From Candidatus Omnitrophota bacterium (GTDB lineage: Bacteria; Omnitrophota; Gorgyraeia; Gygaellales; Profunditerraquicolaceae): 64,000 bases of DNA. Positions 56,941 through 64,000 of this stretch are shown here, piece after piece; the first letter of the stretch is position 1, and every line of letters starts with the position of its first letter. The notes beneath the pieces were generated by a model. It was not told the DNA's origin. It saw only the letters and a program-made list of their open reading frames with translations, and made no database searches. The position numbers and the translations under genes are program-made. Location: contig JAOAET010000041.1 in the NCBI GenBank assembly GCA_026416665.1, positions 10,425-74,424 of the forward strand, read 5' to 3'.

Positions 56941-57704
56941 GGCCGAAGATTTCGGCAGTAGTAATGATTTACAACGAAGAAAGGCAAATCAAGGATTGTC
57001 TAGAAACTATCAAATGGGTTGATGAAATAGTTATCTGTGACTCTTTTTCTACGGATAGAACCGTGGAGATATGCCGTAAATATACTGATAAGATATTTCA
57101 GAGGAAATTTGATAATTTCGGAAATCAGAAAAAATGGCTTTTAGATAAACCTTCCTACCAGTGGGTTTTGTTTGTTGAGGCAGACGAGCGGTTTAGTCCT
57201 GAATTAGCTGTAGAGATACGCCAACGCCTAGCAATAGATGAAGGCTATGATGGATATTGGATACCTTTTAAGAATTTTGTTTTCGGACAACAGATGAAAG
57301 GAGATTTTTGGAATTTTAAGAAGATTAAACTGTTTAAGAAGGAAAAAGGTAGTTGGCAAGATAAGTTTGTCCATGCTGGATTCATACTAAATGGAGTTGC
57401 CGGTTGTTTATCTAATTACGTTTTTCATTATCCTTATCCTAATCTTAAAATAATGTTAACAAAGCAGTCAAGGGCTGTTCGTCTTGAGGCAAGACAACTT
57501 TTAAACAGCAACAAGAGAATCGGTTGGGGGGATGCATTTCGGGCTTTATACTGGGTGCCTCTTAGGTTTATCAAATTTTTTTTCTTGATGAAGGATTATA
57601 AAAGTGGATTTGCAGGTTTAATATTTTGTTTGGTTACCTCATTTTATGAGATTGGAATAATTTATCATTACTGGAAATTAAAGCTATGGGAAAAGCAGGT
57701 TTAG
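56925..57704 (+). CDS. Glycosyltransferase family 2 (WaaE/KdtX-like)
   Basis: NEERQIKDCL, DSFSTDRT, EADER, VHA. Confidence 0.9.
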   Translation: MDNSVGPKISAVVMIYNEERQIKDCLETIKWVDEIVICDSFSTDRTVEICRKYTDKIFQRKFDNFGNQKKWLLDKPSYQWVLFVEADERFSPELAVEIRQRLAIDEGYDGYWIPFKNFVFGQQMKGDFWNFKKIKLFKKEKGSWQDKFVHAGFILNGVAGCLSNYVFHYPYPNLKIMLTKQSRAVRLEARQLLNSNKRIGWGDAFRALYWVPLRFIKFFFLMKDYKSGFAGLIFCLVTSFYEIGIIYHYWKLKLWEKQV

Positions 57705-58636
57705 TTTCGGTTATTATTATTAACTATAATGGCTGTGATTTACTTAAGGAATGCCTTTCTTCGGTAACAGCACAAAGTTATGCTCCTATTGAGATTATTG
57801 TAGTAGACAACGGCTCAGTTGATTCTTCTGTGGAATTTTTAAGAAATAATTACCCACAGGTAAAACTGATATTGAATAAAGAAAATCTCGGTTTTGCCGA
57901 GGCAGCGAATCAGGGAATACTTAAAGCAAAAGGAGAATTTATTGCTTTATTGAATAACGACGCTTGTGCCGACCCACATTGGATTTCTTCTTTGGTAAAA
58001 GTAATGTTAGAAAATCCTCAGATAGGTAGTTGTGCATCAAAGTTAATTAATTATAACGACCATAAGATAATTGACGCAGTGGGATTGTTGTTACATCGTG
58101 CAGGATTTGCTAAAAGCAGAGCACATCAACAAGTTGATAGTGGACAGTTTGACATAATTGAAGAGGTCTTTGCTTGCCACGGAGCGGCTGCCTTTTACCG
58201 AAAGAAAATGTTAGAAGAGATTGGTCTATTTGATGCTGATTACTTTGCCTATAATGAAGAGTTTGATTTGGGGTTGCGTGCACAACTTGCTGGTTTTCGG
58301 TGTTTATATGTGCCACAGGCAGTGGTTTATCATCAAGGTGGAAAAACACGTGCAAAACAGGATGAGGAGTTTCGCCTTTATCATATGGAGCGTAATCGGC
58401 TATGGACGATCTTCAAAGACTGGCCGATTGGTTTTTTCTTTTTTTGTTTTCCTTATTTTTTAAAGTATGAGTTAGAAATTTTATTGAATTTAAATAAGTA
58501 TAATAAAAAAGCAGTGATAAAAGCACGAATAGATTTTTTAAAAAGGCTACCACAGATTCTGAAGAAAAGATATTATATCCAACGTAAAAGAAAAGTTTCA
58601 ATTAAGTATTTACGTAACCTGATTAAGAATAATTAA
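57686..58636 (+). CDS. Glycosyltransferase family 2
   Basis: VDNGSVD, NLGFAEAAN, LLNND, FAYNEEFDLGLR. Confidence 0.92.
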   Translation: MGKAGLVSVIIINYNGCDLLKECLSSVTAQSYAPIEIIVVDNGSVDSSVEFLRNNYPQVKLILNKENLGFAEAANQGILKAKGEFIALLNNDACADPHWISSLVKVMLENPQIGSCASKLINYNDHKIIDAVGLLLHRAGFAKSRAHQQVDSGQFDIIEEVFACHGAAAFYRKKMLEEIGLFDADYFAYNEEFDLGLRAQLAGFRCLYVPQAVVYHQGGKTRAKQDEEFRLYHMERNRLWTIFKDWPIGFFFFCFPYFLKYELEILLNLNKYNKKAVIKARIDFLKRLPQILKKRYYIQRKRKVSIKYLRNLIKNN

Positions 58637-58641
58637 AAAGT

Positions 58642-59757
58642 ATGCATATTGGTTTTGATATAAGACCGCTAATATTTACTAAGGCAGGTATTGCTCATTA
58701 TTTATATGGATTGATAAGCTATCTTTCACAAAACATGTGGCTACAGTTGCATCTATTTTCTTCGGGAAAAACTAATATAAAGTGGAATTCTTCGAATATT
58801 GTAGAACATCTTTTGCGGTTACCCCACCTAAATAATCTCTGTGAACAATTTTGGCAGGAGGTCCTTCTTCCTTGGGCAGTTGATGCCAATAAAATAGATG
58901 TTTTCCACGGCTGTCGTTTTCATATCCCTAGGTATTTACATTGCCCTTCAGTAGTAACTATTCACGATTTAGCTTTTAAAAAGTATCCTCAATTTGTTGT
59001 TTTAAGCGCAACGAAACTATTTGATAGGTATATTACTATTTCTTCACAGAAAGCCGACACTATTATTGTTCTTTCAGAGACTACTAAGAAAGACCTAATT
59101 AATTTTTATGAAGTAGATCCAATTAAGATTAGAGTTATTCCCCTTGCACCTTGTATTGATTACATACCAACAGCGGAACATATAGAAGTGACTAAACAAG
59201 AATTCTCAATTAAAGGTGAATACATTTTATTTTTTGGGACCATTGAACCACGAAAGAACCTGACTACCCTAATTAAGGCATATGCCAATTCTTCTTTTAA
59301 GGATAAATATTACTTAGTTATTGCAGGGCCTAAGGGCTGGCTTTATGAAGAGGTATTTAAAACTGCAGAAAGATACAATCTTTCTAACAGGATAATTTTC
59401 ACAGGGTTTGTTACCGAACAACAAAAAGCCTGTTTGTATGCCGGATGTAAAGTGTTTGTTTTTATCTCTTGGTATGAAGGGTTTGGTATACCTGTAGTGG
59501 AGGCAATGCACTTTGGTAAGGCAACAGTTATTTCCAATACTTCCTCTTTAGCAGAGTATTTTAAAGATGCCAGTTGTATGGTTGAGCCTGATTCTATTGA
59601 GTCAGTCAAAAACGCCCTTGAGCAGGTTTTAGAAGATCGGCATTTCAGAGAAGAATTAGAGAAACGTTCTAGAGAGAAAGTCAAAGAGTTTAGTTGGCAG
59701 AAGACAGCTTCTTTGACCTTACAAGTATATAAAGAGGTTTACGACAAAAGAAAATGA
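58642..59757 (+). CDS. Glycosyltransferase family 4 (mannosyltransferase-like)
   Basis: TIHDL, GTIEPRKNL, EGFGIPVVEAM, FSWQKTA. Confidence 0.92.
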   Translation: MHIGFDIRPLIFTKAGIAHYLYGLISYLSQNMWLQLHLFSSGKTNIKWNSSNIVEHLLRLPHLNNLCEQFWQEVLLPWAVDANKIDVFHGCRFHIPRYLHCPSVVTIHDLAFKKYPQFVVLSATKLFDRYITISSQKADTIIVLSETTKKDLINFYEVDPIKIRVIPLAPCIDYIPTAEHIEVTKQEFSIKGEYILFFGTIEPRKNLTTLIKAYANSSFKDKYYLVIAGPKGWLYEEVFKTAERYNLSNRIIFTGFVTEQQKACLYAGCKVFVFISWYEGFGIPVVEAMHFGKATVISNTSSLAEYFKDASCMVEPDSIESVKNALEQVLEDRHFREELEKRSREKVKEFSWQKTASLTLQVYKEVYDKRK

Positions 59758-60884
59758 GACGTAAGATATTAATGATTGATGTTGGTGGTTGGGGTGGAAT
59801 TACCCACTATACTTATAACCTTATGCAGGCATTAGCAGAATGTAAAGAAATAGAAGTAGCGCTTTTAACCAATAAAGATTATGAGTTAGACCATTTACCC
59901 AAGAAGTTTAGCATCTTCAAAGTCCCTTTACTTGGTCAGTCATATTTACGGACAATACACAATATTTTCTCGGTTATTTTCTGTTACAAACCCCAAATTA
60001 TTCATATCCAGACAATGGTAAGTGCCCGTAAGGATTGGTTCTGGTTTATGTTAGCAAAACTTATAGGCAAGAAAATAATTCTCACCTGCCATAATGTTTT
60101 ACCTCACGAGGATATTGAAAAAAATGCTTTTTTTATGAAAACTGCTTTTCGGATTATTTATTCATCAGCAGAAAAAATTATTGCTCATTCTCAATATAGT
60201 CGTAACCGATTAAATAATTTTTTTCAAATTGATTTAGCCAAAATTGTAATTATCCCTCATGGGAATTATTTATTTTTTAGAAAACAAGAATTATCTCCCA
60301 AAGAAGCAAGGAAAAAATTATCTATTGCAGAAGACAAAAAAGTAATCATAAATTTTGGAGCACTACGATATTACAAAGGAGTAGATGACCTGTTGTGTGC
60401 TTTGGATTTGTTGCGCAAGAAGAGGGATAATGTTCTGCTTATTTTGGCAGGTAAACCTATGCATGTACCGGAGAATTATTTTGAGAAGTTAATTGAACAG
60501 AAACAGTTAACCGACTATGTCCTTTTTAAGAAGGGTTATATCTCGTTTGAGGATATTGCTGTTCTTTTTTTTGCAAGTGATTTAGCTGTGTTTCCCTATC
60601 AAGAAATAGATACAAGTGGCTCACTACAACTTGCTTATGCATTTGCTAAGCCCGTAGTAGCAACCAAAACTGGCAGTATGCCAGAGGTAATTGAAGACGG
60701 AGTAAATGGTATTTTAGTTGAACCTGGTAATGTTCAGGCACTTGCTGAAGCAATGGAAAAAATCTTGTTTAATTCCGATATTACTAGTATGTCAGAGGCT
60801 TGTTTTCATTTAGCTAAAGAAAGATTTAGTTGGGATTTAATTGCACAAAAAACAGAGCAGTTGTATAAAGAGATTAAAATATGA
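59754..60884 (+). CDS. Glycosyltransferase family 4
   Basis: HNVLPH, IPHG, FGALRYYKG, PYQEIDTSG, KPVVAT, FSWD. Confidence 0.92.
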   Translation: MRRKILMIDVGGWGGITHYTYNLMQALAECKEIEVALLTNKDYELDHLPKKFSIFKVPLLGQSYLRTIHNIFSVIFCYKPQIIHIQTMVSARKDWFWFMLAKLIGKKIILTCHNVLPHEDIEKNAFFMKTAFRIIYSSAEKIIAHSQYSRNRLNNFFQIDLAKIVIIPHGNYLFFRKQELSPKEARKKLSIAEDKKVIINFGALRYYKGVDDLLCALDLLRKKRDNVLLILAGKPMHVPENYFEKLIEQKQLTDYVLFKKGYISFEDIAVLFFASDLAVFPYQEIDTSGSLQLAYAFAKPVVATKTGSMPEVIEDGVNGILVEPGNVQALAEAMEKILFNSDITSMSEACFHLAKERFSWDLIAQKTEQLYKEIKI

Positions 60885-62362
60885 AACAAAATTTCTTTTT
60901 GATATTTATTATTATTTCCTTTTTACTGTTGGGTGGAATTGGTATTAAACCGCTATTAGGTCCTTATGGTGATAATGCCCGTTATCTTGTTCTTGCTCAG
61001 TCACTGTTAAAGAAGAAAGGTATGCGCCTAATAAACTATCCTCATCAGCCTCCTGAACCCAAGGTGCCTATAGGTTATCCTTTAGTTTTGGCTACTGTTA
61101 TGACTTTATTTGGGCAAAACTTTGTGTTACTGAAATGCAGTTCTTTATTTTTTATGGCAGCTGGTTTTTTTACTTTTTATTTTGTCCTTAGAGGATACAA
61201 TTTTTATGGGTTATCTACTATTTTAGTTCTAATGACTGCTATTTTTAACATGCATTTTTTAGAGCATAGCCGTGATTTGTTTGTTGAACCGTTATTTATT
61301 TTACTTTTTATGCTGGTATGTTTGTTTATGGCAAAATATGAACAGGGAAATAAAAAATTATACCTTAAAATAGCATTTATTCTCTCATTAATTACTTTCT
61401 TCGTCCGACAGATTGGCGTCATCTTGCTTTTGGCAGAAGCCATAGTTTTGGCGCGTAGGAAAGAACGTTTATTATCGCTTTTCTTTGTTATTGTTTTTTT
61501 ATGTTTAGTAGCATTTTGGATATTTCAAAATATGCAGTTAGAAAACACTTATCTTAAAGAATTTTTAAGCCAAGGTTCTTATCTACTGCCCAGTCCTAAA
61601 AAAATAACTTTCTTCAGTCTGATAAAGCGCTATAGTTATGAGACACTGGTTTATCTGGGAGATATAGTAATTGATTTTCTTTTTCCTTTAGCAGGTTACA
61701 TAAAACCAAGAACAAATTTTTGGGCCCTTAAAATATTCTTTTCCTTGAGCGCTTGCGGATTAACCCTATTTGGATTTTTACGGTTACCATTGTTGCACCG
61801 TAAAAGTTTTCTGGCAATTACCTCTATTTTATATGCGCTTTGTCTTCCTTTATTTCCCACCTATGGTATCCGTTATTTACTGCCGATAGGATTGGTTATT
61901 ATTTTTTATTTTGTATGGGGTATAAGGAATATAAAACTGCCGAGGGCAATTATTTTAGTTATTGTTATCTTGTTAGTTATTGGTAATCTTTTTTCGGCAA
62001 TAAGTGATTTATTCAAACCCCAGCGTATTTTTTCTGATAGCGTTAAGAATTTCTATGCAGCGTTAGAATTTCTTAAGAAAAATGTTTCTCCTGCGGTTAT
62101 TGTCTGTAGAAAACCATATTTAGGTTATATTATTTCAGGCCACAAAACCTTGGGATTTTCTACCTCTACAGATGTGGCTTATCTTTACCAAGAAATGATT
62201 AATCAAGGTGCTACCCATGTGATTGTTGATAATATTGATATTGCTGGAATAAACCTTACCAGAAAATACGTTGAACCAGTAGTTAGAACCTTTAAAAGTA
62301 ATTTTAGACTTATTTATAGGTTAGAACACCCCCTTACAGAAGTTTATGAGATTATCCGATGA
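60881..62362 (+). CDS. GT-C fold (ArnT/PMT-like) membrane glycosyltransferase
   Basis: GDNARYLVLAQSL, PIGYPL, VEPLF, RQIG, RYLLP; many TMs. Confidence 0.72.
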   Translation: MKQNFFLIFIIISFLLLGGIGIKPLLGPYGDNARYLVLAQSLLKKKGMRLINYPHQPPEPKVPIGYPLVLATVMTLFGQNFVLLKCSSLFFMAAGFFTFYFVLRGYNFYGLSTILVLMTAIFNMHFLEHSRDLFVEPLFILLFMLVCLFMAKYEQGNKKLYLKIAFILSLITFFVRQIGVILLLAEAIVLARRKERLLSLFFVIVFLCLVAFWIFQNMQLENTYLKEFLSQGSYLLPSPKKITFFSLIKRYSYETLVYLGDIVIDFLFPLAGYIKPRTNFWALKIFFSLSACGLTLFGFLRLPLLHRKSFLAITSILYALCLPLFPTYGIRYLLPIGLVIIFYFVWGIRNIKLPRAIILVIVILLVIGNLFSAISDLFKPQRIFSDSVKNFYAALEFLKKNVSPAVIVCRKPYLGYIISGHKTLGFSTSTDVAYLYQEMINQGATHVIVDNIDIAGINLTRKYVEPVVRTFKSNFRLIYRLEHPLTEVYEIIR

Positions 62363-62457
62363 TTACTTTTGTTTAAGGGCAAATAATGATTTTAATAAGA
62401 GTTAAGTAAAATTGGTTATTTAAAATATTTACTTCAAAATTCAGTATAGGCAGATAT

Positions 62458-63306
62458 ATGTGGAAAATAGCAGTGGTTGTTGTAACACGTAATAACTGTG
62501 ATATGCTTAAACAGTTAATTAATGATTTAGAAAAACAAACATTTAAGCCGAAACAAATTTGGATTATTGATAATGCTTCTTCGGATGGAACCGAAGCATT
62601 TTTACAGAATTTTTCACCTCCCTTTTTTTATGTTCGGTTTAGTCAGAATACAGGCAGTGCTGGCGGTTACTACGAAGGAATTTTGAGAGCAAAGCAGGAT
62701 AATGATGCGGTATGGCTTCTTGATGATGATGTAACCGTTTCTGAAAATGCCTTAGAAGAATTAGTTAAACATCTTGATTTGCTAGTAAAAAAGAAGCCCA
62801 TTGGAGCAGTTCGTAGTTGGTGTGCAAGCGATTGTCCCTATAAAGAACCGTTTTGCACTGACAGTTTTGCTTGGCGTGGCACCTTAATTACTGAGGAAGC
62901 AATTTCTACTGTGGGTCTGCCACAGAGAGATTACTTTCTCTATGCTGATGATACTGAGTATGCTTTACGTATAAAAGAAGCCGGTTTTTCAATTTTTTGG
63001 GTTCCCTCCAGTCGTGTTATTGAGAAGCGATTAGCGGATAAAGAACTAATTGGTAAGGGGGTCTTTAAGACAACACTTGTTAGAGAGCCGGCCAAACTTT
63101 ATTATGCCTTTCGTAATCAACTGCATGTAGGAATAAAATACAAGAAATGGTGGCAGGTTGTTAAAACATTTTTGTTTGCCGTTAAAGTTATTTTTGTTTT
63201 TTCTTTAGGCAAGAGAAAAGAGAGTGAAAAAATTATTGCGGTAAAATTGGCACTGAAAGATGGTTTTTGTGGTCGTTTAGGAAGACATCCACATTATATT
63301 CTATGA
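62458..63306 (+). CDS. Glycosyltransferase family 2 (GlfT1/rhamnosyltransferase-like)
   Basis: IDNASSDGT, NTGSAGGY, WLLDDD, YADDTEYALR, YYAFRN. Confidence 0.9.
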   Translation: MWKIAVVVVTRNNCDMLKQLINDLEKQTFKPKQIWIIDNASSDGTEAFLQNFSPPFFYVRFSQNTGSAGGYYEGILRAKQDNDAVWLLDDDVTVSENALEELVKHLDLLVKKKPIGAVRSWCASDCPYKEPFCTDSFAWRGTLITEEAISTVGLPQRDYFLYADDTEYALRIKEAGFSIFWVPSSRVIEKRLADKELIGKGVFKTTLVREPAKLYYAFRNQLHVGIKYKKWWQVVKTFLFAVKVIFVFSLGKRKESEKIIAVKLALKDGFCGRLGRHPHYIL

Positions 63307-63438
63307 GGTAAGTTTATAGTTATTTTGAAATTAACATTTACAGCTGATACAAAAAAAGTCATCTGACGGTAATCATCTTAAAAAGTAGTTGTAAATTAAT
63401 TTTATCCTGTTTTTAATAAAAGGTAATATTTTCAATTT

Positions 63439-64000
63439 ATGGCAAGGCGGATTCTTTACATTACAGATACCGGTGAGATTCGTGGTGGAGGAGAGATAAG
63501 TCTTTTACTGCTTCTGCAAAATATCTGCCGTAATAAATACATTCCTGTAGTAGGTGCGCCAACTTCGGGAAGTTTTACAGAGCAGATTTCTGCATTGGGT
63601 ATTAAGGTTAAAAAATTTAATTACCGCAAGATAACTAATCTCATTAATATCGTTGTTACACTTAAAACAATTAAGCATTTATGTGAAATTATTGACGAAG
63701 AGAAGATAAATCTTGTACATACTAATTCTACGGGTGGGGTAGTTTTGTTAGCAAGTATTGCTTGTTTGTTAAAGCATACACCTTTGGTTTGCCACACAAG
63801 ATTGCTTTACCCTGGGTTTTTAACAGAACTAATTCAAATTATTTTTGCTAAGAAAATAGTGGCTATATCCCAAGCAGTGGCTAAGAAGCCCTTATATCGT
63901 TTATTTTCAAACAAAGTGGTATGTATCTATAATGGTTTAGAGTTACCTGTTGTTACGGATAAAATAGATAAAGAAATATTCATAAGAGAGCTTGGTTTGT
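63439..64000 (+). CDS. Glycosyltransferase family 4 (3' truncated by window)
   Basis: Hand translation gives MARRILYITDTGEIRGGGEISLL...INLVHTN...VCHTR...AISQAV...IYNG; open to the window end. Confidence 0.85.
   Translation, partial: MARRILYITDTGEIRGGGEISLLLLLQNICRNKYIPVVGAPTSGSFTEQISALGIKVKKFNYRKITNLINIVVTLKTIKHLCEIIDEEKINLVHTNSTGGVVLLASIACLLKHTPLVCHTRLLYPGFLTELIQIIFAKKIVAISQAVAKKPLYRLFSNKVVCIYNGLELPVVTDKIDKEIFIRELGL

Noticed and set aside
1-64000. CRISPR array, tRNA/rRNA or riboswitch (including c-di-GMP riboswitches in the larger intergenic gaps)
   Set aside because: No regularly spaced repeats or recognisable RNA consensus were found by eye. An Infernal/Rfam scan would be needed to exclude them formally.

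Overview
AT-rich bacterial chromosome segment, almost all on the + strand, with no rRNA, tRNA, CRISPR array or mobile element visible. 1-22.7 kb holds housekeeping and signalling genes: DUF362, ACT/UPF0210, pgi, MFS, LysE, several two-component and c-di-GMP proteins, ExbBD-like genes and a tetraheme cytochrome c3. 22.8-38.2 kb is a long operon with a duplicated module (small MerR-like HTH, secretin, coiled-coil/TPR protein), a SurA-like and a GspC-like gene, an ExeA-type ATPase, an HD-GYP protein and a Wza-like exporter. 38.4-48.0 kb is the main discovery, a RiPP-type cluster lying between wza and wzc. It encodes two PqqD/RRE proteins, a B12-dependent radical SAM enzyme, a UPF0489/peptide-arginase-like TPR protein, a radical SAM/SPASM enzyme, an HprK-like kinase, an S24/S26 peptidase-GNAT-nucleotidyltransferase fusion and an ABC exporter. 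It also contains a 52-aa Cys/Arg/Ser/Thr-rich precursor peptide (43232-43390) that is missing from the ORF track. 48.2-49.8 kb encodes a passenger-less inverse-autotransporter barrel and a secreted partner. 50-64 kb is a Wzx/Wzy polysaccharide locus. Several genes appear to use leaderless mRNAs. The gene content is reminiscent of Ca. Omnitrophota, but this is inference only. All family calls come from motif reading; no database search was run.
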